DNA of 64,000 nucleotides from contig CAWDUP010000004.1 of the NCBI GenBank assembly GCA_963805505.1, positions 189,382 through 253,381 on the forward strand, given 5' to 3'. The notes under the pieces were generated by a model. The model did not search any database and had not been told where the DNA came from. It saw nothing but the letters and a program-made list of their open reading frames with translations. The position numbers were made by a program, and so were the translations under genes. This document shows positions 1 to 10,694 of the stretch, in pieces. The first letter of the stretch is position 1; each line of letters begins with the position of its first letter. The DNA is from an uncultured Actinomycetota bacterium. Lineage in GTDB: Bacteria; Actinomycetota; Actinomycetes; DATJPE01.

Positions 1-11
1 CACGCTCTCGA

Positions 12-317
12 TCAACTCAGATCGGCGATGAGTTCAGCCTTGGGCTTCTTGCTGTAGCCAGTGAGACCCCTCGCCCGTGCCTCCTCGCGGAGCTGGGCGA
101 CCGTCCAGGTCTCATCGGGTGAGGCGGCCCGGTCCGGAGCTGCGGCGGCAGCGGGCGAATCCGACGCGACGGCAGCCTCCTGCTGCCTGGCCTTCTTCTT
201 CCACCGCTCGGCCTTGGCGCTCGCGGTCTCGAGTTTGGCCTCCAGCTTGCGCACCTTCGCTTTGAGCTTCTTCTGCTTCTTCGCGCCCACCAGCCACCTC
301 CCGCTAACGTTCGCCAA
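12..317 (-). CDS. small basic protein with a Rho termination factor N-terminal (Rho_N) domain
   Basis: 101-aa ORF with a Lys/Ala-rich N-terminus, followed by TWTVAQLREEARARGLTGYSKKPKAELIADL, which is typical of Rho_N. The stop codon lies at 12-14. Confidence 0.5.
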   Translation of the reverse strand: MANVSGRWLVGAKKQKKLKAKVRKLEAKLETASAKAERWKKKARQQEAAVASDSPAAAAAPDRAASPDETWTVAQLREEARARGLTGYSKKPKAELIADLS

Positions 318-472
318 TTGTCGCGCCCAAGAATGCGGGCAGCCGCCCCGTTGTCAGACCGTCCGACGGACCGGGCTCTGATTGATCATTGAACACATCC
401 GCATCCTGGTAAACCCCGCCGAAGCGCAGCAAACCGGATCTCGAACGGCGACGCGCCGCGACCAGCTGACGA

Positions 473-1546
<1,074 letters not shown>

Positions 1547-1585
1547 GGCGGAGCAGTCTAGGTGGCCATCAGTGCCGCGCCGGGA

Positions 1586-2374
1586 TCAGGTGAGGCGTGC
1601 CAGGGCGTAGGCGGTCATGGCATCGCTCATCCACTGGGCCATGCCCGGCGCCATGGCGTCGTAGCGGGCTTTGAAGTCCGGGTGCTGGACGTACATGTCA
1701 CCCAGCCCGGCGTACGCCTCCGCGCTCGGATCGGCATCCCAATAGCGCCCAGTCAGCTCCCAGTGACCGCGAAGGGTGTCCATGACCTGCCGATCGTCTG
1801 GGGCAACTCCCCCGGCCATGAGGTCGAGCAGCGCCGCCTCGATGCGCGCCCGCTCGGCCTCAAGGGCGGCTATGCCCTCCTTGCCCAGGGTCTTGACCGC
1901 TGCCCGCGACCGGTCGAGAGCCTGCTGGCTGACGCCCCAGTCCTCGACCAACTCGCGCTCATAGGCCTTCTGCCGCTCCGGGTCGAAACCCTCGAACAAC
2001 GCTTCCTCACTCATCGGCCGACCTCCCTCAAGGTCCTCGATCGTTCGCTGCACGGTTTCCGCCAGCCGCGCCAGCCGGTCCCGCTCGATGAGCAGCCGCG
2101 CCTGGTGCTCGCGCAACGCCTGAGCCCGGTCGGTTCTGCCGTCCACCACGGAGCGGATGGTCGACAGGCTCAGGCCCAGTTCGCGCAGCAGCAGGACCTC
2201 CTGCAGCCGGAGCAGCTCCGGTCGGCCGTACACCCGCATTCCGCCCGTCGTCTTGGCCATCGGGACCACCAGGTTCAGCCGGTCGTAGTGCCGCAGGGTG
2301 CGCGACGTCAGACCGGTCATCCGCACGACCTGCGCGGTCGTCCAGGCGGTTCCGGAGTCGGGTTCAGCACGCAT
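1586..2374 (-). CDS. MerR-family transcriptional regulator with a TipAS-like C-terminal effector domain
   Basis: MerR HTH (AQVVRMTGLTSRTLRHYDRLNLVVP) plus a TipAS-like C-terminus. The start was chosen at ATG 2374 (MRAEPDSG) because a perfect palindrome sits 18 bp upstream. Confidence 0.85.
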   Translation of the reverse strand: MRAEPDSGTAWTTAQVVRMTGLTSRTLRHYDRLNLVVPMAKTTGGMRVYGRPELLRLQEVLLLRELGLSLSTIRSVVDGRTDRAQALREHQARLLIERDRLARLAETVQRTIEDLEGGRPMSEEALFEGFDPERQKAYERELVEDWGVSQQALDRSRAAVKTLGKEGIAALEAERARIEAALLDLMAGGVAPDDRQVMDTLRGHWELTGRYWDADPSAEAYAGLGDMYVQHPDFKARYDAMAPGMAQWMSDAMTAYALARLT

Positions 2375-2391
2375 GCCCAGAACCGTATCCG

Positions 2392-2406
2392 TTGACGTAA
2401 CGTCAA
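2392..2406. promoter_or_regulatory. perfect 15-bp palindrome TTGACGTAACGTCAA, candidate MerR/TipA-type operator in the merR-rmuC divergent region
   Basis: Seen directly. It lies 18 bp upstream of the merR start and contains TTGAC on both strands, as in MerR-type promoters. Confidence 0.4.
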
Positions 2407-2498
2407 GCACAACCGAGAACTGTGCCGCGAACCCGTGTGTTCAGGGGCACCGCTGGCGTGCCGCGGGGAAAGTTGTCGGCAGTTCCTGCGACGCTTCG

Positions 2499-3950
2499 GT
2501 GGTGCCCATCTCCAACGTCGCAGTGCTGCTCGTCGCGGCCATGCTCGGCCTCGCCGCGGGAGTCGCGCTCGCCGTGGCCGCGGCGCGGCGCACGAACGAC
2601 GCCCTGGAGCGACGAGCCACTGCCGCTGAGCACGAGGTCGTGGCGCTGACGGCGACTCTCGACGCTGAGCGGGTCGCGGCCGAGTCCAGGCTGCAGGCCC
2701 TGCGCGACGCCGAGGCAGACCAGTCCGAGCGATTCCAGGCGCTGGCCGCCCGTGCGCTGCGCAGCAACAACGAGGCCTTCCTCGCCCTGGCCGACCAACG
2801 ACTACGTACGGCTCACGAAGCCCAGGCGGCCGAGCTGGGCAAACGGACCACGGAGGTCCAGCAACTGGTCGCGCCCATCCAGGAAACCCTCGGCAAGGTC
2901 GCGGAGTCCATCCGCGAGACCGACAAGTCCCGAGCCGCGTCGCACGCTGGGCTCATGGAGCAGGTACGCATCGCCACGGAGACGTCCCAGTCACTGCGCT
3001 CGGAGACGGCGACGCTGGTCAGAGCCCTGCAGGCTCCGCAGGCCCGCGGTGCTTGGGGCGAGATGCAGCTGCGCCGGGTGGTGGAGCTCGCGGGCATGCT
3101 CGAGCACTGCGACTTCACGACGCAGGTCAGTGTGACCACCGACGACGGCACGACTCGCCCCGACCTCGTGGTGCACCTGGCGGGCGGAAAGCAGATCGTC
3201 GTCGATGCCAAGGTCTCCCTCGCAGCCTTCCTCGACGCCACTCAGTCCGAGGACGCCGACGTGTCGCAAGCCCGGCTCGTGGCCCACGCACGACACATGC
3301 GCGACCACGTCAACGCGCTGGCCAGCAAGTCCTACTGGCGCCAATTCTCCAATGCGCCAGACTTCGTGGTGCTGTTCGTTCCTGGGGAGTCCTTCCTGGT
3401 CCACGCCTTGGCAGCCGACCCTGGCCTGCAAGAACACGCCATGGAACAGCAGGTCATCATCGCCACGCCTTCGACACTCCTGAGCCTGCTGCGCACCGTG
3501 TCCTACGCGTGGAAGCAGGAAGCCCTCGCCGACAACGCGCGCCTGGTCTTCGACCTGGGCCGAGAGCTCTACGAACGACTCGGCACCCTCGGGAGTCACG
3601 TCGACAAGCTCGGCCGCGCGATCGGCACGGTGGTCAAGGACTACAACACCACCGTCGGCTCGCTGGAAGGCCGAGTTCTCACCAGCGCTCGACGACTGAA
3701 GGATCTGAAGTTCGTCGACGAGGAACTGTCCGCTCCACGCGTGCTCGACGCGGCGATGGTGCGCCCCTTGACCAGTCACGAGCTGCTGCTCCCGCCGGAT
3801 GTCCGTGCGCTGGAGCGCGCCGAGAACTCACTCGACCACGAGCTGACCACCGACGACCGGTACGGCATCGAAGGGCCAGCTCAGACCTCGCTCGACATGG
3901 CCAGCGGAAGCGATGACACGGGCGAAGTCGCGGGTAGCCTCGAAGGGTGA
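2499..3950 (+). CDS. rmuC: DNA recombination protein RmuC
   Basis: N-terminal TM helix, long coiled coil, and the conserved core LRSETATLVRALQAPQARGAWGEMQLRRVVELAGM...VVDAKVSLAAF. A GTG start at 2499 or 2502 was chosen, since the upstream part of the ORF overlaps merR and the operator. Confidence 0.85.
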   Translation: MVPISNVAVLLVAAMLGLAAGVALAVAAARRTNDALERRATAAEHEVVALTATLDAERVAAESRLQALRDAEADQSERFQALAARALRSNNEAFLALADQRLRTAHEAQAAELGKRTTEVQQLVAPIQETLGKVAESIRETDKSRAASHAGLMEQVRIATETSQSLRSETATLVRALQAPQARGAWGEMQLRRVVELAGMLEHCDFTTQVSVTTDDGTTRPDLVVHLAGGKQIVVDAKVSLAAFLDATQSEDADVSQARLVAHARHMRDHVNALASKSYWRQFSNAPDFVVLFVPGESFLVHALAADPGLQEHAMEQQVIIATPSTLLSLLRTVSYAWKQEALADNARLVFDLGRELYERLGTLGSHVDKLGRAIGTVVKDYNTTVGSLEGRVLTSARRLKDLKFVDEELSAPRVLDAAMVRPLTSHELLLPPDVRALERAENSLDHELTTDDRYGIEGPAQTSLDMASGSDDTGEVAGSLEG

Positions 3951-4387
3951 GCGAACTCCCGGCCGACCTCACCCCGCGCCGCGATGACGCCACGGCGCCG
4001 AAGGCCCGAGTCCAGCGCGCCGAGCACGGCCTGACCGCACCCGGCGTCGTGGTCATCGTTCTCGCGGGGAGTCTCGTCGGACTGCTCATCGATCGGTTCA
4101 CCGTCGACTCGGGATTGATCTACGCGGTGGCGTTCGTCGCCTCATCGGTCTATGCCGCGCTTCAGGTCCGGCCCAGCGATCTGCTCAGTGCGGTCATCGT
4201 CCCGCCGCTGGTGTTCTTCGTGCTCGCCCTAGGCGCATCGCTCCTCGACAGCAGCGGCGGTGGCTGGTCAGACCACGTCCTCGACCTGGTCTCCCAGCTG
4301 GCCACCCGGGCGCCGGCGCTATGGCTGGCCACGGTCGCCGCCGCAGTGATCGTCCTCGTTCGACGTCACCGCTGGGCGCACAGCTGA
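3947..4387 (+). CDS. hypothetical integral membrane protein (3-4 TM)
   Basis: 146-aa ORF whose GTG start overlaps the rmuC stop (GTGA), so the two are translationally coupled. Hydrophobic segments. Confidence 0.5.
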   Translation: MSELPADLTPRRDDATAPKARVQRAEHGLTAPGVVVIVLAGSLVGLLIDRFTVDSGLIYAVAFVASSVYAALQVRPSDLLSAVIVPPLVFFVLALGASLLDSSGGGWSDHVLDLVSQLATRAPALWLATVAAAVIVLVRRHRWAHS

Positions 4388-4398
4388 GACCGACGGCG

Positions 4399-5388
4399 TC
4401 AGCCGTTCGCGGCGGCCTTCAGGTCTCGTCGGAGTTCAGGAGGCAACGCGAACAGCAGGTTTTCCTCAACCGAACGCACTTCCTCGACGTCGTCAAACCC
4501 TCGTCCAGCAAGCCACTCGAGGACCCCGCGCACCAGGATCTCCGGGACCGAGGCCCCGCTGGTGACTCCCACGACGCGCGCCCCGGAAAGCCACTCGGGC
4601 CGAATGTCTGCCGCCCGGTCGACGAGGTGGGCCGAGCCTGCGCCCGCCTCCAAAGCGACCTCCACCAGACGGACCGAGTTCGACGAGTTGGTCGAACCGA
4701 CCACCAGGACCAGATCGCACTCCGCAGCGATCTGTTTCACCGACTGCTGCCGGTTCTGAGTGGCGTAGCAGATGTCGTCGCTAGGCGGGTCGATCAGCGC
4801 CGGGAACCTTCCACGCAGCGCATCGACCGTGGCGAGGGTCTCATCGACAGACAGCGTCGTCTGCGACAGCCAAGCGACCTTCTCGGGGTCGGGCACCTCC
4901 ACCGATGCCGCGCCGGCAGGTCCGTCGACGATCGTGATGTGAGCCGGCGCCTCACCACTGGTGCCGACCACCTCTTCGTGACCCTCGTGCCCGATCAGCA
5001 GGATCTGGAGTCCTTCGTCGGCGAAGCGTCGGGCTTCGTGGTGCACCTTGGTCACCAGAGGACAGGTTGCGTCGATCGTCCGCAGACCGCGAGCCGCAGC
5101 TTCTTCGTGAACTGTCGGTGCGACCCCGTGCGCCGAAAAGATCACCGTTGCCCCGGGCGGCACCTCGTCGGTCTCCTCGACGAACACCGCCCCCAGGCCC
5201 TCGAGGGTCTCCACCACATGCTTGTTGTGAACGATCTGCTTGCGAACGTAGACGGGCGGCCCGTACAGGTCGAGTGCCTTCTCCACCGTGATCACCGCGC
5301 GGTCGACGCCTGCGCAGTAGCCGCGCGGCGCCGCCAGGAGAACCCGTCCCCCGCTCGTGCGAGGGCGATCGGTCGTAGGCTCAGTCAC
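4399..5388 (-). CDS. ispH: 4-hydroxy-3-methylbut-2-enyl diphosphate reductase IspH (LytB)
   Basis: [18 protein letters not shown], conserved Cys residues and HNKHVV typical of IspH. GTG at 5388 gives 329 aa; the ORF could extend to 5490. Confidence 0.9.
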   Translation of the reverse strand: MTEPTTDRPRTSGGRVLLAAPRGYCAGVDRAVITVEKALDLYGPPVYVRKQIVHNKHVVETLEGLGAVFVEETDEVPPGATVIFSAHGVAPTVHEEAAARGLRTIDATCPLVTKVHHEARRFADEGLQILLIGHEGHEEVVGTSGEAPAHITIVDGPAGAASVEVPDPEKVAWLSQTTLSVDETLATVDALRGRFPALIDPPSDDICYATQNRQQSVKQIAAECDLVLVVGSTNSSNSVRLVEVALEAGAGSAHLVDRAADIRPEWLSGARVVGVTSGASVPEILVRGVLEWLAGRGFDDVEEVRSVEENLLFALPPELRRDLKAAANG

Positions 5389-5446
5389 CCGTCCATCGTA
5401 GGTGGAGCCACGTCGTTCGCGACCCGGCCGTCGAGCGAGGAGCCGA

Positions 5447-6655
5447 ATGCCGCTCGAAACCTCCGCGGAGCAGCCGATCCCGGTCCGCACCGTAGCCAGG
5501 CTGATCGGCGACTGGATCGCCAGGCTCGGGCGAGTCTGGGTCGAGGGACAGGTCGCTCAGCTCAACCGCCGACCGGGCGCGACAACGGTCTTTGTCACGC
5601 TGCGTGATCCCGTGGCCAACGTCTCGATGACGGTGACGTGTCCGGCGGCCGTACTCGACGCAGTGGTCCCGCCCGTGGTCGACGGATCTCGGGTGGTGGT
5701 TCATGGACGCCCGGACTTCTACCTCAACCGGGGCACGCTGAGTCTGGTGGCCATCGAGATCCGATCGGTCGGACTCGGCGCGCTGCTGGCCCGCATCGAA
5801 GCTTTGCGTGTCACCCTCGCGGCCGAGGGACTGTTCGCGGACGACCGCAAGAAACCGCTTCCCTTCCTGCCTCAGTGCATCGGGCTGATCTGCGGTCGCG
5901 GATCGGCCGCCGAGCACGACGTGCTGGAGAACGCCCGCGCGAGGTGGCCGGCCGCCGCATTCAGGATCGAGAACGTCGCTGTGCAGGGCGTTCATGCTGT
6001 TCCCGAGATCACCGATGCCTTGCACCGCCTCGACCGCGACGCCGCAGTGGATGTGATCGTGGTGACCAGGGGGGGAGGCTCGGTAGAGGACCTTCTCGCA
6101 TTCTCCGAAGAGTCACTTCTCAGAGTGGTCAGCACCTGCCGCACACCCGTCGTCAGCGCGATCGGCCATGAACAGGACAGCCCGCTACTCGACCTCGTCG
6201 CCGACGTGCGCGCGTCCACGCCGACCGACGCGGCCCGTCGGGTGGTGCCCCACATGGCCGAGGAGGTTCAGCGCATCCAGCAGTCCCGGTCTCGAGCGCG
6301 CGCCGCCGTGGCAGCGCTCCTCCAGCGGGAGCAGCGTGCCCTGGACGCGGTTCGAGGGCGCCCGGTACTGGCCACGCCCACGACGCTGCTCGCCGGCCGG
6401 GCTGACGCGATCATCGACCTGCAGCGGCGTACGGCGAACTCGCTGAGCCACGCCCTGGATCGGTCCACCGACACCATCGCCCACCTTCGGGCCCAAGTCA
6501 TTGCGCTGTCGCCGGCGGCCACCCTCGAGCGCGGCTACGCCGTGGTCCAGGACGGGGCCGGCGCCGTGGTGCGCGACCCTGACCAGGTCTCCATCGGATC
6601 GACCTTGCGTGTCCGCGTGGCAGCAGGCGAGCTGCAGGCGACGCGCACCGACTGA
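5447..6655 (+). CDS. xseA: exodeoxyribonuclease VII large subunit
   Basis: OB-fold N-terminus and an XseA catalytic core ([15 protein letters not shown]...). ATG at 5447 is preceded by GAGGAG. Confidence 0.9.
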   Translation: MPLETSAEQPIPVRTVARLIGDWIARLGRVWVEGQVAQLNRRPGATTVFVTLRDPVANVSMTVTCPAAVLDAVVPPVVDGSRVVVHGRPDFYLNRGTLSLVAIEIRSVGLGALLARIEALRVTLAAEGLFADDRKKPLPFLPQCIGLICGRGSAAEHDVLENARARWPAAAFRIENVAVQGVHAVPEITDALHRLDRDAAVDVIVVTRGGGSVEDLLAFSEESLLRVVSTCRTPVVSAIGHEQDSPLLDLVADVRASTPTDAARRVVPHMAEEVQRIQQSRSRARAAVAALLQREQRALDAVRGRPVLATPTTLLAGRADAIIDLQRRTANSLSHALDRSTDTIAHLRAQVIALSPAATLERGYAVVQDGAGAVVRDPDQVSIGSTLRVRVAAGELQATRTD

Positions 6656-6678
6656 CCCGTCCGCCCTAGGCTGACCTC

Positions 6679-6969
6679 GTGAGCGATTCCGTTGCAGGCG
6701 CAGCAGCCGAGAGCTCGACCACTCGCCCTGAGCTGTCCTACGAGGCGGCCCGCGACGAGCTGGTCGAGGTCGTTCGCCGCCTGGAGTCGGGGGGGACGAC
6801 CCTCGAGGAGTCCTTGGCCCTGTGGGAACGCGGCGAGGCGCTCGCGGCCACGTGCCAGTCCTGGCTGGACGGTGCCAAGCAACGCCTGGCCGCGCACGCG
6901 GCGCAGGGGGCGGGTGGATCCGACGAGAAAGCTGGGGCTGCGGAAGCAGAGCCGGAGAGCGACGACTAG
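6679..6969 (+). CDS. xseB: exodeoxyribonuclease VII small subunit
   Basis: 96 aa, [41 protein letters not shown], which is typical of XseB, and it follows xseA immediately. Confidence 0.85.
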   Translation: MSDSVAGAAAESSTTRPELSYEAARDELVEVVRRLESGGTTLEESLALWERGEALAATCQSWLDGAKQRLAAHAAQGAGGSDEKAGAAEAEPESDD

Positions 6970-7532
6970 CCCTGCGGCACCGGGGGACGAAGCGAAGCGA
7001 CCAGGTCGGCCAGCTCTGCGTCGGCGGCGCTCCCCTGGATGATCAGGGTGGAGTCGGTGAGCTCGCGGACGTACGCGTGCCGACGGCCGTCATCGGCCTG
7101 CCACAGCTCCCACCCGGCGAAGGCACCGGTGCCCGCACCACTTGCGCTGCCGCCTTCGAACAACGTACGCACCGCCCGGGCCGGGGACGCGTCAGTCTGT
7201 TGGAGGGCGGCGTACTGGCCCTCCGGCGTGACATACCCGATGTGGAACACGGTCGACTCGGGGACGCTGCTGACCTCAGGCGGCTCGTAGCGGGCGCTGG
7301 TCGGCTGCCAGGCGGCGCTGAGTCCTGTCGGAACCCTCGCCACGAACGGGGCAGCCGCCCGGGCGCTCACGACCGCCGTGGTCGGGTCCACGACGTGAAC
7401 CGCTTCGGGCTTTGCCCGGTAGGTGACTCCGACAAGAAACGCAACGAACAGACCGACGACGGCCAGCGACCACACCATGTCCCGAACGGTCTGACGACCG
7501 CGCTTCGGGGGACGCTCGACGTCGACAGTCAC
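6966..7532 (-). CDS. DUF4245 domain-containing membrane-anchored protein
   Basis: The C-terminal 188 aa of ORF 6966..7847 (TM helix plus a DUF4245-like region). A GTG start at 7532 or ATG at 7478 was chosen because the upstream part overlaps modC. Confidence 0.6.
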   Translation of the reverse strand: MTVDVERPPKRGRQTVRDMVWSLAVVGLFVAFLVGVTYRAKPEAVHVVDPTTAVVSARAAAPFVARVPTGLSAAWQPTSARYEPPEVSSVPESTVFHIGYVTPEGQYAALQQTDASPARAVRTLFEGGSASGAGTGAFAGWELWQADDGRRHAYVRELTDSTLIIQGSAADAELADLVASLRPPVPQG

Positions 7533-7557
7533 CGGTGAATGGTCGCACGGTCGGGAC

Positions 7558-8622
7558 CTAGGTCGGGTAGACGACCGCTTCCACCGCCTTGACCGAGATC
7601 CACACCTCGATGCCGCGGGCGAGCCCGAGCGCTGAGAACGCATCTGCTGTGACGTCGGCGAGCACAGGGACCGGCCCCCCCACATCCAGCCGCACTCGCT
7701 CGCCATGCGGCTCGAAACCTTCGATGGTGCCCGGAAAGACGTTGCGGGGGCTTCCCTCGGGTCGCTGTCGGTGAACGGCCACCGCAGTGGGCGGGAAGGC
7801 CACCATGACCGGGCCGTGGGCCGACTCCGCCACGACGACATCCACACCGGAGCTCAGCCGAACCCGGACGCCGCTGGCGAGCCCGGAAAGCAGATTGAGT
7901 CCCACGAGCCGGGCGACGTACGGCGTCCGTGGCTGCCGGGCCACCTCGCGGGGCGTGCCCCGCTGGACGACTCGGCCCTCCTCGAGAACGACCAGGCTGT
8001 CCGCAAGAGCCGAGGCGTCGACCGGGTCATGCGTGACCAACAGGGTCACTCCACCGAAATCCTCCAGGTCTTCCCTGAGCCGGGCTCGCACGTCGATACG
8101 CGTTGCTGCATCGAGCGCGGCCAGGGGTTCGTCCAGGAGAAGCACCTGCGGTCGAAGGGCCAGAGCGCGGGCGAGCGCCACCCGCTGGGCCTGGCCGGCC
8201 GACAGCTCGGTCGGTCTTCTGCCTGCCAGGTCGGCGATGCCCAAGCCGTCGAGCTGACCCCGTGCCGCCCGATCTGCCGGACGCCGCCGCTCCCCGCGAG
8301 CGCGCAAGCCGAACGCCACGTTGTCCACGACAGACAGGTGGGGGAACAGCATCAGGTCCGACGCGACGTAGGTCACCGGGCGCCGGTGCGGTGGGAGCGA
8401 CTCCACCGACTCCCCGCCGACGCTGATGGAAGTTCCTGGCCCCCCGGGTTCCAGTCCGGCCAGGACCCGCAGAAGGGTTGTCTTGCCCGCGCCATTGGGC
8501 CCAACAACCCCCACGACCTCTCCCGGCCCAGCCGAGACCCGAACATCGACGACGAGGGTCGGACGTTCACACAGCACCCGGGCTGCCAGGTCCTCGCCAC
8601 GGCCGAGCGCGACGGTGCTCAT
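7558..8622 (-). CDS. modC: molybdate ABC transporter ATP-binding protein (with C-terminal TOBE domain)
   Basis: Walker A GPNGAGKTT, the ABC signature LSAGQAQRVALARAL, and a C-terminal TOBE domain. Its ATG overlaps the modB stop (ATGA). Confidence 0.85.
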   Translation of the reverse strand: MSTVALGRGEDLAARVLCERPTLVVDVRVSAGPGEVVGVVGPNGAGKTTLLRVLAGLEPGGPGTSISVGGESVESLPPHRRPVTYVASDLMLFPHLSVVDNVAFGLRARGERRRPADRAARGQLDGLGIADLAGRRPTELSAGQAQRVALARALALRPQVLLLDEPLAALDAATRIDVRARLREDLEDFGGVTLLVTHDPVDASALADSLVVLEEGRVVQRGTPREVARQPRTPYVARLVGLNLLSGLASGVRVRLSSGVDVVVAESAHGPVMVAFPPTAVAVHRQRPEGSPRNVFPGTIEGFEPHGERVRLDVGGPVPVLADVTADAFSALGLARGIEVWISVKAVEAVVYPT

Positions 8623-9428
8623 GCCCTGACCCACCACCGATCGCGCAAGGCGAACAGCACGACCACCGACACCGCCAGCATCAAAACGCCGAGTGCCAAC
8701 GCGGCGCCCGGGTCGGTCTCCAGGGACAGATAGACAGCCAGCGGCATCGTCTGGGTGCGACCCTGCAGGCTGCCGGCGAAGGTGATCGTCGCCCCGAACT
8801 CACCCAAGGCGCGGGCCCACGCCAGCAGGGTCCCGGCCGCAATTCCCGGGCCGATCAGGGGCAGCGTGACTCGGCGGAAGCGAGTCCATGGGCTGGCCCC
8901 GAGGACGGCTGCTGTCTCTTCGAACCGGGGATTTCGCTGCCGCAGCGCTCCCTCCACGGTGACCACGAGGAAGGGCAACGCCACGAACGTCTCGGCCACG
9001 ATCACGCCAGCAGTGCTGAACGGCAGGCTCAGCCCAGTCAGTGAGTAGAGCGGGCCGCCGAGCAATCCCCTGCGCCCGAATGCGGCCAGCAACGCCACTC
9101 CCCCGACCACTGGGGGGAGGACGAGGGGGACGGTCACCAGGGCCCGCCCCACGGACGCCCAGCGCCCGTGGGCGCGCGCAAGGACGACGGCCAGGGGAAC
9201 TCCAAGGATCAAGCATGCCGCGGTCGCGCAGGCGGAGCAGAAGATCGACAGCACCAGGGCATCGGTCACCACCGAGGAGGTGAACAAGGTCGCCGAGTCA
9301 CTCCAAGGAACCCGAACCAGCAGGGCAACCAGCGGCATCACCAGCAACCCCATGGCCAGTGCAGCGGGAACGAGCAGGATGCGTGGAGGGGCCGTTGCCA
9401 CGGCTGCCCGCGGGGTCGCCCGCCTCAT
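8619..9428 (-). CDS. modB: molybdate ABC transporter permease
   Basis: 269 aa, multi-TM, with a permease EAA-like loop (ALGEFGATITFAG). Confidence 0.9.
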   Translation of the reverse strand: MRRATPRAAVATAPPRILLVPAALAMGLLVMPLVALLVRVPWSDSATLFTSSVVTDALVLSIFCSACATAACLILGVPLAVVLARAHGRWASVGRALVTVPLVLPPVVGGVALLAAFGRRGLLGGPLYSLTGLSLPFSTAGVIVAETFVALPFLVVTVEGALRQRNPRFEETAAVLGASPWTRFRRVTLPLIGPGIAAGTLLAWARALGEFGATITFAGSLQGRTQTMPLAVYLSLETDPGAALALGVLMLAVSVVVLFALRDRWWVRA

Positions 9429-9438
9429 TCCGGCCTGC

Positions 9439-10224
9439 TCATGGAAGCTGGAAGCCGTACTTCTCGAGCACCGCTGCCCCGTCGGGAGACCGCACCAAGG
9501 CGATGAAGGCGGACGCGGCGCCGCCAGTGCCGGCCGAACCGGTCAGCTCGACGATCGGATAGTCGGTGGTGATCTGCTCCGGCTTGGGGAGGACCACCTC
9601 ATCCGTCGTGTCAGCGGCTGCGCGGGCATCCGTCACGTAGACCACGCCCACATCCGCCTCGTCCGCTGCGACCTTGGCCACCACCGACTTGACGTCCTGC
9701 TCGAGGGAGTCCGGCGCCGCCACCAGTCCAGCCACCTCGAAGGCATGCACGGCAGCCGCTCCACAGGGAACTTCCGGGGCGCACATGACGACGGTGCGCG
9801 CCGGATCGGCGAGATCACGTAAGCCGGTCACCCCGGCCGGGTTGCCTGGAGGCACCACCAGCGTGAGGGAGTTTCGCGCAAAGACAACCGGCTGACCGAC
9901 GGTTACCCCACCGTCCACGGCCTCCTGCATGTTGGTAGGGCTGGCCGTTGCGAGCACAGCTGCTGGGGCACCGTCGAGTGCCTGCCGCACGAGGCTGCTG
10001 CTGCCGCCGAACGAGAAGTCGACCACCGTCCCAGGATGTTCCGCCCGATAGACGTCGCCGAGCTCGCCGAAGGCCTCGGTCAGCGACGCCGCGGCCAGAA
10101 CCGTCAGGTGCGGTGGCTCAGCACGCCCCGATCCTGACGCTGCGCACGCCGACAGGGTTGCCGGCACCACCGCGATGGCTGCGAGGGCGCGCAGGAGCCG
10201 GACCGTCTTCTTGCGGTGGGTCAC
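9439..10224 (-). CDS. modA: molybdate-binding periplasmic lipoprotein
   Basis: Lipoprotein signal (LSAC) followed by a ModA fold (TVLAAASLTEAFGELG, FSFGGSS). Confidence 0.85.
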   Translation of the reverse strand: MTHRKKTVRLLRALAAIAVVPATLSACAASGSGRAEPPHLTVLAAASLTEAFGELGDVYRAEHPGTVVDFSFGGSSSLVRQALDGAPAAVLATASPTNMQEAVDGGVTVGQPVVFARNSLTLVVPPGNPAGVTGLRDLADPARTVVMCAPEVPCGAAAVHAFEVAGLVAAPDSLEQDVKSVVAKVAADEADVGVVYVTDARAAADTTDEVVLPKPEQITTDYPIVELTGSAGTGGAASAFIALVRSPDGAAVLEKYGFQLP

Positions 10225-10616
10225 TCGGAGACTTCCAGCACCACGTGGGTGGACTTGACCGACGCCACGGCGACCACGCCGGGTTCCAGCCCCAGCTCAT
10301 CGGCTGCCTCGCGGCTCATCAGCGACACGACCCGGAAGGGACCTGCCTGCATCTCGACCTGCGCCATGACGGTGTCCCGCACGACCCGGGTGACGATCCC
10401 GACGAACCGGTTCCGGGCGGAAGCGGCAGCCGTACGCCCCGGCGCGGGGGGATCGTGCAGTTCGACGGCCACCGTGGCCAGCTCTGCGCCATCGACCACC
10501 CGACGACCAGCAGAGTCATTGGTGGACTCGAGCCGACCGCCGTCGATCCAGCGACGTACCGTGTCGTCGCTGACCCCGAGCAACCTTGCTGCCTCCGATA
10601 TCCGCATCTGCGTCAT
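10221..10616 (-). CDS. molybdenum-responsive transcriptional regulator (MerR/excisionase-type HTH plus a single TOBE/Mop domain)
   Basis: HTH MRISEAARLLGVSDDTVRRWI followed by TOBE (NRFVGIVTRVVRDTVMAQVEMQAGPFRVVSLMSREAADELGLEPGVVAVASVKSTHVVLE). Its stop overlaps the modA start. Confidence 0.7.
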   Translation of the reverse strand: MTQMRISEAARLLGVSDDTVRRWIDGGRLESTNDSAGRRVVDGAELATVAVELHDPPAPGRTAAASARNRFVGIVTRVVRDTVMAQVEMQAGPFRVVSLMSREAADELGLEPGVVAVASVKSTHVVLEVSE

Positions 10617-10694
10617 AGATCATAGGATAGCTCTGCAAATGCGGAGATATGAGCGCTGGGGTGCAGCTCGCCGCGGCCCTCCTAAGATCGACCC

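Noticed and set aside
2373-2498. Alternative rmuC start at ATG 2373, overlapping the merR start codon
   Set aside because: It would place the perfect 15-bp palindrome inside coding sequence and add a non-conserved 42-aa leader before the RmuC TM helix. The GTG at 2499 or 2502 gives the typical N-terminus.
4321-5607. Long antisense ORFs (for example 4321..5607, 16456..18438, 28766..30238, 43238..44212, 46038..46853, 2991..3779, 7705..8733)
   Set aside because: They run opposite strong, domain-bearing genes, translate to Arg/Pro/Gly-rich low-complexity sequence, and are the expected artefact of 70% GC DNA lacking stop codons.
6966-7847. Full 293-aa ORF for the DUF4245 protein
   Set aside because: The N-terminal 100 codons overlap modC on the same strand in another frame and are Ser/Arg-rich junk, so a downstream start was used.
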